Shown here in pieces: positions 27,708 through 36,379 of a stretch of DNA of 64,000 bases. How positions within the stretch are numbered: the first letter of the stretch is position 1; every line of letters starts with the position of its first letter. The notes under the pieces were generated by a model that made no database searches, was not told where the DNA came from, and worked only from the letters and a program-made list of their open reading frames with translations. A program made the translations under genes and the position numbers. This DNA comes from an uncultured Gammaproteobacteria bacterium. Lineage in GTDB: Bacteria > Patescibacteriota > Patescibacteriia > PEXW01. Where the stretch lies: contig CAZAMC010000002.1 of NCBI GenBank assembly GCA_964486505.1, positions 193,656-257,655 on the forward strand, in the 5' to 3' direction.

Positions 27708-28904
27708 GTGCGAAGTACGCATTTTCTCGGTGACCGCACCGTTTGCACGGTCAGTTACCAGCAGCAACGGCTAGACGTTACGGTTCGGCCATTCTGTGGC
27801 ACGCGCGCGTACGTCATTGAAGAGTCAGCGGCTGAGCCGCAACTCGTTGGCCAGTGCACGATGCCCCGATGGCCCGCTCAGGTTGAATCGCGCGCCCGGG
27901 TTCACCACCAGCGCCTGTCGCTACGTGCCGATAACGTACTGTACCCGGTCTACGACGATGTCTACGGTCTGCATCGGACGCTGAGCCATGTGCTGGATCG
28001 GTATGAAATGAACGAGGTGCCCCGGTTGACGACGGCTCTGGAGTACTGCCAGATCCTGCATAGCGTGCTCCTCGGTTTGCGGAAAGACAACTTCCAAGAA
28101 CTCATCGGCCGCATCGAAGCCCTTGTGGATCAGGTGGTGCACGCTATTGGCCTGCAGGTGAAAAATGAGGAGAAGGACGAAGCACTAGAGCGGATCATCA
28201 TCACGCGGAAAGGCGTGGACTCGCTCAACCGCGTGAATAGCAGCGCTGCCTGCTTGCGCATGCTCACCGCGGTGGGCAACCTCATCCACCGTGAAGCGCA
28301 GGTGTCGGACATTAGCGAAGTGTACGCGGGTCGACGACAAGCGGTTCGGCTGGCCTTAGCCATGTTGGAAACGCAGGTGCTGATTGTGGAAGATTTCCTC
28401 ACCCAGATCCTGGCAAATTGGCAGATCGTGCGAGTGCGGCGCCGGGAACTCACCGCGGCGCAGCTGGATCAATTCGCCAAGACACTGAGCCTCATTTGGG
28501 TGAAGCCGTTCAGCGTCACGTTCCAGCACGTGGTGAGAGAGTTCACCACCGCCGCCCAGCACATTCGGGTTGGACGCTTGGACCAGGCTCAACCTTTGCT
28601 GGCCACCTCTGCTGCGAGCTTGCGACTCCGCAAACTCCGCGTGCAGCTGGAGGCTGTGCACTACCGCGTATCGAGCGCCACGTATGATCCGCACATGCGT
28701 AAGCGTGCAGATCAGATTGCGCAGGTTGCGCTTTCTGAATTGTCACCGCTCGTGCAAGAGTTGCAGGCAGTGAACACGCTGGGGATGGTTGACTTTTCCA
28801 GTGCGGTAACCCTGTCAACACTCGCAGACGTGCAGGCCGCTCTGGCTGAAGGGAACTGTGCGGTCGCGGCCGACAACTTCCGTTTAGCCCTCCGCGATCT
28901 CTAA
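27708..28904 (+). CDS. hypothetical alpha-helical protein (GTG start)
   Basis: AAAGGAGC lies 6 nt upstream of GTG 27708. 398 aa, Leu/Ala/Arg/Gln-rich, no recognisable motif. Immediately downstream of the Clp ATPase. Confidence 0.4.
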   Translation: MRSTHFLGDRTVCTVSYQQQRLDVTVRPFCGTRAYVIEESAAEPQLVGQCTMPRWPAQVESRARVHHQRLSLRADNVLYPVYDDVYGLHRTLSHVLDRYEMNEVPRLTTALEYCQILHSVLLGLRKDNFQELIGRIEALVDQVVHAIGLQVKNEEKDEALERIIITRKGVDSLNRVNSSAACLRMLTAVGNLIHREAQVSDISEVYAGRRQAVRLALAMLETQVLIVEDFLTQILANWQIVRVRRRELTAAQLDQFAKTLSLIWVKPFSVTFQHVVREFTTAAQHIRVGRLDQAQPLLATSAASLRLRKLRVQLEAVHYRVSSATYDPHMRKRADQIAQVALSELSPLVQELQAVNTLGMVDFSSAVTLSTLADVQAALAEGNCAVAADNFRLALRDL

Positions 28905-28914
28905 AAATCGGCGC

Positions 28915-28943
28915 TTGACAACCAGTTTGGAAGCCGGTAATCT
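28915..28943 (+). promoter_or_regulatory. candidate promoter TTGACA-17-TAATCT upstream of the tRNA pair
   Basis: Consensus -35 and a good -10 about 100 nt upstream of the first tRNA. Confidence 0.35.
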
Positions 28944-29047
28944 CGTCCCACGCCAGCGGAAGAAGAGAAATTTTTACCGAGTACGGTTTTTTTGAGGGAA
29001 ACAAATTCGGTGAAGAGCAGTATTGGAACCGCTGGCCCAAAAATACT

Positions 29048-29125
29048 GCGGCTGTAGCTCAGGGGTAGAGCCTGGGGGATTCTCCATAGCCCTCACTGTC
29101 GGTGGTTCAATTCCATCCAGCCGCA
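29048..29125 (+). tRNA. tRNA-like gene with atypical anticodon arm (identity uncertain; possibly pseudo-tRNA)
   Basis: Normal acceptor stem (GCGGCTG/CAGCCGC), D-arm (GCTC-AGGGGTA-GAGC) and T-arm (GGTGG-TTCAATT-CCATC) with discriminator A. The segment between them is 6 nt longer than canonical. The best fold is an 8-bp anticodon stem with one mismatch and loop TCTCCAT, read as UCC/Gly but with C33. Confidence 0.5.
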
Positions 29126-29135
29126 AAAAATACAC

Positions 29136-29209
29136 CGCAGGGTAGCTTAGAAGGTGCAAAGCGTTGGCTTCATACGCCAAAGACGCTGGTTCAAGTCCAG
29201 TCCCTGCAA
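29136..29209 (+). tRNA. initiator tRNA-fMet (anticodon CAT)
   Basis: C1:A72 mismatch at the top of the acceptor stem. Three consecutive G:C pairs at the bottom of the anticodon stem (TTGGC/GCCAA). Loop TTCATAC, T-loop GGTTCAAGTCC. CCA not encoded. Confidence 0.8.
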
Positions 29210-29217
29210 TTCTTTCT

Positions 29218-29252
29218 GCGGACGTCTTGTCACGAGACGTCCGCTTTTCTTG
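29218..29252 (+). terminator. intrinsic terminator after the tRNA pair
   Basis: GCGGACGTCT-TGTCAC-GAGACGTCCGC stem-loop followed by TTTTCTTG. Confidence 0.6.
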
Positions 29253-29287
29253 TCCAAAGACGCAAAAAACCGTACACTGCAAGCACT

Positions 29288-30628
29288 ATGCCGGTCACCA
29301 TGGACACCCTGGTTTCGTTCGCCAAGCGTCGCGGTTTCATTTTCCCCACCGCCGAAGTGTATGGCGGTTTGGGTGGCTTTTGGGACTTTGGTCCCTTGGG
29401 CGTGGAGCTCAAGAATAATATCAAACGGGAATGGTGGAAGCGCTTCGTGCAGCAGCGCAACGATGTGGTAGGCTTGGATTCGGCAATCGTTACCAATCCG
29501 AAAGTTTTTGAAAAGAGCGGCCACTTGGTAAATTTTCACGATGCACTCGTAGAGTGCAAGAAATGTCACCAGCGCTTTAAGGCGGATGATGTTGCCAAGG
29601 CGTGCTCCAATTGTGGAGGTACAGAGTTCACGAAACCAGCGAATTTCAATTTAATGTTCAAGACGTTCATCGGTTCTACCGAGGAGAGCGTCTCCACCGC
29701 GTACCTCCGCCCGGAAACGGCACAGGGGATTTTCGTGAACTTCCAGAATGTGCGGCAGAGCATGCGCCTGAAACTCCCTTTCGGCATTGGCCAGATTGGC
29801 AAAGCCTTCCGCAACGAGATTACCCCAGGCAACTTCATTTTTCGTTCCCGCGAATTTGAGCAAATGGAGCTGGAGTTTTTCTGCAAGCCAGGGGAGGATG
29901 ACACGTGGTTTGACTACTGGCGCCAAGAGAGCATGCAGTGGTTTCTAGATCTCGGCATGAAGAAGGCCAACATTCGCTTCACTGGCCAACCCAAGTCCGA
30001 ATTGGCGCACTACTCCAAGGCGACAACGGACATTGAGTACCACTTCCCATTTTCCGGCGGAGCCGGACCCCGCTCCGCGGGAGAGAAGGGCTGGGCTGAA
30101 CTCATGGGCGTGGCGAATCGGACAGACTTCGATTTGAAGGCGCACGGCCAGACCTTCCGGGATGAAGAAGCGAAAGGGGACATCACGCCCTTCTGCATTG
30201 AGCCATCCGCAGGTGTAGACCGCGCAGCACTGGCTTTCTTGATTGATGCCTACGAAGAAGTGGAAGGCGGCCGTACCACCACCACCGAAGCGAACAAGGA
30301 GAAAGAAGTTGTCTTACGGCTTAGCAAGCGGCTTGCACCGATTAAAGTTGCTATCCTGCCCCTCTCTAAGAAAGAGCCCTTGGCTACCAAAGCTAAGGAA
30401 GTTCAGGCTTTGTTGCAGAAGGACTTCGTCACCTGGTACGACGATACGCAGTCCATTGGCCGCCGCTACCGTCGGCAGGACGAAATTGGCACGCCCTACT
30501 GTGTGACTGTGGACTTCGAGACCGTCGAGAAAGACAACGCTGTCACCGTCCGCGACCGGGATACCATGGCGCAGGAGCGGATTGCAATCACTGAACTTCA
30601 CTCGTACATAACGAAGCAATTCTCTTAG
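29288..30628 (+). CDS. glyQS: glycine--tRNA ligase (alpha2 homodimeric type)
   Basis: VYGGLGGFWDFGPLG, class II motifs and a C-terminal anticodon-binding domain. ATG 29288 is used because the longer ORF-track start overlaps the tRNAs. Confidence 0.85.
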   Translation: MPVTMDTLVSFAKRRGFIFPTAEVYGGLGGFWDFGPLGVELKNNIKREWWKRFVQQRNDVVGLDSAIVTNPKVFEKSGHLVNFHDALVECKKCHQRFKADDVAKACSNCGGTEFTKPANFNLMFKTFIGSTEESVSTAYLRPETAQGIFVNFQNVRQSMRLKLPFGIGQIGKAFRNEITPGNFIFRSREFEQMELEFFCKPGEDDTWFDYWRQESMQWFLDLGMKKANIRFTGQPKSELAHYSKATTDIEYHFPFSGGAGPRSAGEKGWAELMGVANRTDFDLKAHGQTFRDEEAKGDITPFCIEPSAGVDRAALAFLIDAYEEVEGGRTTTTEANKEKEVVLRLSKRLAPIKVAILPLSKKEPLATKAKEVQALLQKDFVTWYDDTQSIGRRYRRQDEIGTPYCVTVDFETVEKDNAVTVRDRDTMAQERIAITELHSYITKQFS

Positions 30629-30725
30629 TGTCATTGTGAGAAGCGCAGCGACGAAGCAACCCCTCAGTTTCAGCGGGATTGCCACGCTCCCTCCGGTCGC
30701 TCGCAATGACGGCAGATAAAAACCT

Positions 30726-31652
30726 ATGACCAAGACCCTCCGCACCGGCATCCTCCTCGCCCTCGGCACAGCCGCCATCTCGGGTTTGTCGAACTTCGTG
30801 GCCAAGGTGAGTGTCACGGTGGTAAAGGACGCCACGCTCTTCACGTTCCTGAAGAACGCCATTGTCGGCGTGCTCGTTGTAGGCTTGGTGATGCTGTTCG
30901 TGCAGTGGAAAGAGTTGCGCGAGCTGAAGCGCGCAGACTGGCTCAAGCTTGCTGCCATTGCCGTCATTGGCGGGAGCGTGCCGTTCCTCCTCTTTTTCAA
31001 TGGTTTGCAGCAGACGACGGCCGTGCACGCTAATCTCATCCACAAGACTTTGTTCGTGTGGGTGGCGATTCTGGCGTGGGTGAGCCTAAAGGAAAAGGTT
31101 ACGCGCTGGCACGTAGCGGCGCTCGCCCTTCTCCTCACGGGCACGTTTGCCCTGGGCGGTTTGCAAGGTTTTCACTTGGGGGCGGGGGAGTGGATGGTGC
31201 TTGGCGCTACGTTGCTCTGGGCGGTGGAGAATGTTCTGGCAAAGAAAGCGCTTGCGCAGCTCTCAACCCTCACGGTTGTGGCAGCACGCATGTTCCTGGG
31301 TTCGCTCGTGCTTCTCGGCGTTGTTCTAGTGCAAGGGAAAATGAGCCTGGTGAGCACGCTCACCTTTGATCAGTGGGGCTGGGTGGTGTTACCGAGTTTG
31401 CTGCTGTTTGGCTACGTGCTCACCTGGTACAGCGCGCTCAAGCGCGCGCCCGCGACGTTGGTCGCAAGCCTCTTGGTTCCCTCCGTATTCATCACGGCTT
31501 TGCTCTCGGGCACGTTTCACAAAGGGCCAATTACGGGTCAGCAGTGGCTTTCGGGCGCCATCGTAACCCTGGGTGTAGCGCTTTTCATTTGGGCGTCTCG
31601 CCGTAGTGCTGCGCATGTCCACACTCCAAACCCCGAGCAGGATCCGGCCTGA
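30726..31652 (+). CDS. EamA/DMT-family transporter
   Basis: Ten-helix membrane protein with duplicated EamA-like halves. Confidence 0.65.
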   Translation: MTKTLRTGILLALGTAAISGLSNFVAKVSVTVVKDATLFTFLKNAIVGVLVVGLVMLFVQWKELRELKRADWLKLAAIAVIGGSVPFLLFFNGLQQTTAVHANLIHKTLFVWVAILAWVSLKEKVTRWHVAALALLLTGTFALGGLQGFHLGAGEWMVLGATLLWAVENVLAKKALAQLSTLTVVAARMFLGSLVLLGVVLVQGKMSLVSTLTFDQWGWVVLPSLLLFGYVLTWYSALKRAPATLVASLLVPSVFITALLSGTFHKGPITGQQWLSGAIVTLGVALFIWASRRSAAHVHTPNPEQDPA

Positions 31653-32379
31653 CGGCGTTCGCCGTGCAGCTCGGTACGGCTTCGGGCCGAACCGCTTGCA
31701 CCTGTGCGGACCGGATGCGAACCGCGAAGTGTACGCGTACCTGGAGGCCGGGGTTACCGACCCGGGCTTACAGTACCTGCTGAAAGGCTTCACCACGCTC
31801 TACCCGTACCTGGAAGAAATTGCTCGGTCTAATCACATAGCTGACCCGTTTGACGACCGCGTGGTGGAGGCGTACTGGGTGGGGAACGCGCTCCTCGAAA
31901 CCATCCCGCCTCAGGTGTACTACAAACACCTGCGGGATAACCTTGATTTGAAGCGGAAGTACGGGTTTAAGGAATTTGAAGAACTCGTCGCGAAACTCGG
32001 CAAGGGTGCGCGCATGCACCACAACGTGCACGTGCTGAACGCGTACAAGCGCACGGGCCACGACGCTAAGCTCCACACCTTAGAGAGCATGGATTCGTGC
32101 CGGGTGAGCTGGGGTGAGGTTGTTACCGTGGAGGGGCCTTCGGTAACGGTAAAGCGTCAGCCGCTGGTGCAACAGGACAGGAAGTTGCGCTTGGGTGATC
32201 CGGTCGAGCACAAACTGCGCCGACGCCTGGAAGAAGATGGTTCACTGGATGACCTGGCGCCCGGCGACGTGGTGACCATGCACTGGGGTGTGGTGTGTGA
32301 AGTCATCCCCAAACCCAGCGTCCGGCACCTGGCCCACTACACCAACCTCGCCATGCAGCTGAGTAACCAAACGCTCTAG
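31606..32379 (+). CDS. hypothetical protein (start uncertain; overlaps end of upstream gene)
   Basis: 257-aa soluble ORF with no motif assigned. Immediately upstream of the hydrogenase maturation protease candidate. Confidence 0.35.
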   Translation: MLRMSTLQTPSRIRPDGVRRAARYGFGPNRLHLCGPDANREVYAYLEAGVTDPGLQYLLKGFTTLYPYLEEIARSNHIADPFDDRVVEAYWVGNALLETIPPQVYYKHLRDNLDLKRKYGFKEFEELVAKLGKGARMHHNVHVLNAYKRTGHDAKLHTLESMDSCRVSWGEVVTVEGPSVTVKRQPLVQQDRKLRLGDPVEHKLRRRLEEDGSLDDLAPGDVVTMHWGVVCEVIPKPSVRHLAHYTNLAMQLSNQTL

Positions 32380-32381
32380 CT

Positions 32382-32762
32382 ATGGATATCTGGGTCTTTG
32401 GGAACCTTGATGTGCAGGAGGACAGTTTGCCGCTGCGCATCCTGCCTCAGCTGCAGCGCCAGCGACCGGACCTCACCTTCAAAACCCGTGACCCACTGGA
32501 GGAGTGGGACGAGGTGCCCGACCCGTTCATTATCGTGGATACCGTAAAGGGATTGCGCACGGTGGCGGTCTTCACAGACCTGAGTGCTTTCGCCGATGCG
32601 CCGCGCGTGACCATGCACGACCTCGACTTGCTCGCGCAGCTGCAGCTCTTGCAGAAGCTTGGCAAGCTCAAACGCCTCACTCTGGTTGGCGTGCCGCCGG
32701 AGCTTGGGCCAGACGAAGCGGTTACGCAGATCGCAGCTTCGCTCCCGCCAGTTTCAGCGTGA
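32382..32762 (+). CDS. putative [NiFe]-hydrogenase maturation endopeptidase (HycI/FrhD-like)
   Basis: N-terminal IWVFGNLDVQEDSLPLRI resembles the GxGNxxxxDDGxGxRV motif of hydrogenase maturation proteases. Convergent with the hydrogenase large subunit, whose C-terminus has a cleavable extension. Confidence 0.45.
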   Translation: MDIWVFGNLDVQEDSLPLRILPQLQRQRPDLTFKTRDPLEEWDEVPDPFIIVDTVKGLRTVAVFTDLSAFADAPRVTMHDLDLLAQLQLLQKLGKLKRLTLVGVPPELGPDEAVTQIAASLPPVSA

Positions 32763-34035
32763 GGAAGTGCGAAGCGCAGCTCATGCACGGGTCGTAGGCC
32801 CGGATGATTTTTTCTAGTTCGTGCTGGATTTGGTCAGCGGTTGGGTCCGCCGGCAAGAGGTCTTCCACCATGCGGGCCATGTCCTGCTCGATGTTAATTT
32901 GGTTCTGGCCGGTGGGCACGATGATGTCGCCAGTGATGATTTTGCCGTCCTGGCCAATGGTTACCTTGTGGTAGAGCGTGCCGCGGGGCGCCTCTACAAC
33001 GCCGACACCCGTCCCCGAGGGTCGCGCTGGGGGCACGAGCGGTTCTTTGGTGAACTTGGTATTCTGGAGCACCTCAATCGATTCATCCACGCAGTGCAGG
33101 ATTTCTATAGCCTGGGCCAGGTTGTTGTCGAATATGTTCGTGGAGGGGAAGCGTCCAAACACTTCGGGGATGCTCGCCTTGGTTTTGGCATTGAGGGTGT
33201 CTTTCGCCAGGTTCAAGCGGGCGAGCGCGCCCACCATGTAGGACCGGCCTTTGAATGAGTAGCCCGACGCTTGGGAGTAGGGGATGACGACGTGCTCCAG
33301 GTGGTCGCGGTAGTCGGACTCCGAAATGTAGTCACCATCGTCGCTCACAATGTGGCCGTCGAGGTAGCTGAAGGGGTTGGCCACCAGTGCCATGAAGTGG
33401 GTCTTGCGGTCAAAACGGAAATCGCATTTCGCAAACCGTTCAATAGTTCGTAGCACGGCTGGGCGAACGTGTTCTAGTTTGTGGATGAGTTCTTCCACCT
33501 GCGCCGGGGTGGGCACGTTGAGGAATCCACCGATCATGGGTGTGATGGCGTGCACGCTCCGGCCAGCAATGACAATGGAGAGGGCATTGCCTGCTGCCTT
33601 AATATCAAACGCATCGTGCAGGATTTGGTGCTGCTCGGGGTCATTCTCATCGAAGCTCAAGAAGTTGTCCTTGCCCCACATGTCCGGCAGAGCGAAGAGG
33701 TACAGGTGCAGGGCGTGGTCGCGGATGTTCAAGCCCGCCATGGTGAGCTTCTTCATCTGCATGCTCTGCGCTGTAGGCACAATACCTAAGGCATGTTCGC
33801 ATGCCTCGATGCTGCAAATCAGGTGTGCGTTAGAGCATGTACCACAAATGCGCGCGAGCAAAGCTGGCACCATCTTGTACGGCTTCCCGCGGATCGCCTG
33901 CGTGTAAAAGCGTTTCGATTCGGTTATGCCAAAGGTGCAGGACTGCACCTTGCCACCACGTACTTGCACGTCGAGCACGGCAGCGCCTTCAACCTTGGTG
34001 AGTTCTTTGGTGAGGGAGAGGTCGACGGTGTGCAT
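32722..34035 (-). CDS. [NiFe]-hydrogenase large subunit (group 3-like, 437 aa)
   Basis: N-terminal RICGTCSNAH and C-terminal DPCMSCASH nickel-binding motifs, followed by a 14-aa C-terminal extension. Confidence 0.8.
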   Translation of the reverse strand: MHTVDLSLTKELTKVEGAAVLDVQVRGGKVQSCTFGITESKRFYTQAIRGKPYKMVPALLARICGTCSNAHLICSIEACEHALGIVPTAQSMQMKKLTMAGLNIRDHALHLYLFALPDMWGKDNFLSFDENDPEQHQILHDAFDIKAAGNALSIVIAGRSVHAITPMIGGFLNVPTPAQVEELIHKLEHVRPAVLRTIERFAKCDFRFDRKTHFMALVANPFSYLDGHIVSDDGDYISESDYRDHLEHVVIPYSQASGYSFKGRSYMVGALARLNLAKDTLNAKTKASIPEVFGRFPSTNIFDNNLAQAIEILHCVDESIEVLQNTKFTKEPLVPPARPSGTGVGVVEAPRGTLYHKVTIGQDGKIITGDIIVPTGQNQINIEQDMARMVEDLLPADPTADQIQHELEKIIRAYDPCMSCASHFLTLKLAGAKLRSA

Positions 34036-34038
34036 AGG

Positions 34039-34545
34039 CTAGGTGACGATGCCAAACTTCTTGAGGGCGGTGTCGAGCAGGGCCAGGAACTTCTTTTCGT
34101 CCATTGGGCAGCCCGGCACTTGAGCATCGACCGTGACCACGTCCGCGAGCTTCTGGCCTTTGGGGAGGAAGTCGAACTTCTCGATGAGGGGCTGAATGGC
34201 CGCCTGTTGCTCGGGGGTAAAGGTGTTGCGCTGGGTAGAGGGCAGGCCTGTGCAGGCGCAGGCGCCAATGGCCACCAGCATGGTGGAGAGCTTGCGAATT
34301 TCTTTTACCTTTTCCACATGCCGAGGGGAGTTGAGTGCGCCCTCCACAAAGGCTACGTCCATCTGGTCTAGGACGTTGTTGGACTGCAGCACACGTGCAT
34401 GGCGGAAGTCGATGAGCTTCTTCCATTCCTGCCAGCGGTCATTCATGAGCTCGGTGAGAATGACGGTGCTGTCTTCGCAGCAGCTAAACGTAAACCACCC
34501 AACACGGAGCTTCTTCTGCGGGGTCGGCGCGGGGGTGTTTGGCAT
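34039..34545 (-). CDS. [NiFe]-hydrogenase small subunit (group 3-like)
   Basis: Proximal-cluster cysteine pattern (FSCCEDS ... AIGACACTG ... GCPMD), similar to NuoB-like small subunits. 3 nt upstream of the large-subunit gene. Confidence 0.7.
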   Translation of the reverse strand: MPNTPAPTPQKKLRVGWFTFSCCEDSTVILTELMNDRWQEWKKLIDFRHARVLQSNNVLDQMDVAFVEGALNSPRHVEKVKEIRKLSTMLVAIGACACTGLPSTQRNTFTPEQQAAIQPLIEKFDFLPKGQKLADVVTVDAQVPGCPMDEKKFLALLDTALKKFGIVT

Positions 34546-34608
34546 GTACGTAGTATAGCAGTCGGTGCCTGGAACAGAAAACCGGATTCACTCGAATCCG
34601 GTTGTCAT

Positions 34609-35061
34609 TCACCAATGTGCAACGATGTCCCATACGTGGTACGTACCTTTGCAGCCCGAACCCTCGGTGCGGAGGCGTAAATCAAGGCTGAAGCCGCGAG
34701 CCTGAAGCTGGTCGCGAAGCGCTGCAGCGTGTCCGCGCAGGCAGGTAAGCGGTAAGTGCTTGCGATTATCGATTGCCCGTTGAATCGCATCTCGATCATC
34801 TTCAAGCCAGTCGTACTCGGCGTCGTTGGGGAGCGCTAGCAAATCATCGCGGAACGTGTGGGAAACTGTCCACACAACCGCTTCACGACGACCCGCCTGG
34901 GCTGCTGCTTGGAGCTTACTATCAACCTGCGCCAGTTCTTCCTGGTCTCGCGCCTCTCGCTCCCGTAGCCAGGTTTCGCGTTTTTCTCTCTCCGCATCGT
35001 GATGCTGCTGGGTTTGCCTGCGCAAGTCGTCGGCGTTTGGGGTACCTGTGTTTTCAGTCAA
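34609..35061 (-). CDS. hypothetical protein
   Basis: 150-aa charged ORF upstream of, and on the same strand as, the hydrogenase genes. No motif assigned. Confidence 0.3.
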   Translation of the reverse strand: MTENTGTPNADDLRRQTQQHHDAEREKRETWLREREARDQEELAQVDSKLQAAAQAGRREAVVWTVSHTFRDDLLALPNDAEYDWLEDDRDAIQRAIDNRKHLPLTCLRGHAAALRDQLQARGFSLDLRLRTEGSGCKGTYHVWDIVAHW

Positions 35062-35149
35062 AACATCCTCCTTGTAAAGAACTTCAAAAAATTCTACTCC
35101 TGGTAATGTTGCATGTCAACGCCGTATGCGAGCATGGTACACTTTTGCT

Positions 35150-36010
35150 ATGCCCCTCATCGACACGCACTGCCACCTGAATTTCAACGCCTACAAAGAC
35201 GACCTCGACGCGGTCATCCAGCGTACCTTGGCGGCGGGGATGCGCGTCATTAACGTGGGCTCTCAGAATTCCACCAGCCAACGGGCCGTGGACCTGGCGC
35301 AAAAGTACCCGGGGCAACTGTTTGCCAGCGTTGCGCTTCACCCGTTGCACTTGCACGAAGTGTACGTGGATGAAGTGGAAATTCCGTTCAAGACGCGGGA
35401 AGAACAGTTTGACTACGCGTACTACGCGCGCCTCGCCCGGCAACCTGGAGTTGTAGCAATTGGCGAGTGTGGCCTCGATTACTTCCGGGTACCGGATGGC
35501 ATGGACGAGCGCGCCTTCAAACAGAAACAGAAAGATGTGTTCCTCCAACACATCCAGTTGGCGCAAGAAGTGAGCAAGCCGCTCATCCTGCATACGCGGG
35601 CAAGTAAGCGCCAGCCTCAAGGCGCGTACCTGGACTTACTCGAGGTCCTCACGCATGGGGGCTACACCCGCGGCGTCGTGCATTGCTATACAGGCGACCT
35701 CGACACGGCCCGCAAATTTCTGGACGCCGGTTTTCTACTGTCCTTCACCGGCATCATCACTTTCCCGAATGCGCAGGAGCTCCTCTCGGTGGTGAAGTAC
35801 GCGCCGCTGGACAGGATTATGGTAGAAACTGACGCCCCGTACTTGGCGCCGCAGCAGTACCGGGGAAAGCGCAACGAGCCGCTGTACGTGCGGCACGTAG
35901 CCGAGAAGATTGCCGAGGTGAAGGGCATCAGCTACGACAGCGTCGAGGAGCAGACCACGGCGAATGCGGAACAATTTTTCGGGATAGCAAAAGAAAGCCG
36001 CACTCGGTAA
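35150..36010 (+). CDS. tatD: TatD-family metal-dependent hydrolase
   Basis: MPLIDTHCHLNF..., internal ...GECGLDY..., C-terminal ...VETDAPYL motifs. An alternative ATG lies at 35126. Confidence 0.8.
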   Translation: MPLIDTHCHLNFNAYKDDLDAVIQRTLAAGMRVINVGSQNSTSQRAVDLAQKYPGQLFASVALHPLHLHEVYVDEVEIPFKTREEQFDYAYYARLARQPGVVAIGECGLDYFRVPDGMDERAFKQKQKDVFLQHIQLAQEVSKPLILHTRASKRQPQGAYLDLLEVLTHGGYTRGVVHCYTGDLDTARKFLDAGFLLSFTGIITFPNAQELLSVVKYAPLDRIMVETDAPYLAPQQYRGKRNEPLYVRHVAEKIAEVKGISYDSVEEQTTANAEQFFGIAKESRTR

Positions 36011-36379
36011 GGAGTGCGGCGTGGTGTTCGCGTGTACCACCTAGCGGTGGTGGAGGCCGCCAATCGGGCCGTGATTTCTGCGGACCCTCTTGTAGGTCCG
36101 ATCGGCGTAACCGCGGCTGCTGTTCCCGGTACCGTCTTGGTCCGGTATGGTCTGGAATTTGATAGGTCGCCCCTGCTTATCCCTAGCCGGCTGGCTGCTG
36201 GGGATGGGTAGGGGGTTGTGAGGATCAAATCCGGAACCACTCATAAACGAACTCCGTTTCTGGCGCCCATCATGGACGCGGTTTGAAGGTGAGGTTTATC
36301 TTAAGGTTCAACGGTATCGCAAAAGCCGAAAAAGTCAACCCCGCTTTCCCCGGGGGTGGGGGTAAGGTAGAATGGCAGT

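Noticed and set aside
29102-29287. 5' extension of glyQS across the tRNA pair
   Set aside because: It would translate through two tRNA genes and a terminator. ATG 29288 is the first start after the terminator.
36011-36379. SRP RNA or RNase P RNA in the tatD-rmuC spacer
   Set aside because: I could not find the conserved GGAA tetraloop/AGCAG motif of SRP RNA or the RNase P conserved regions.
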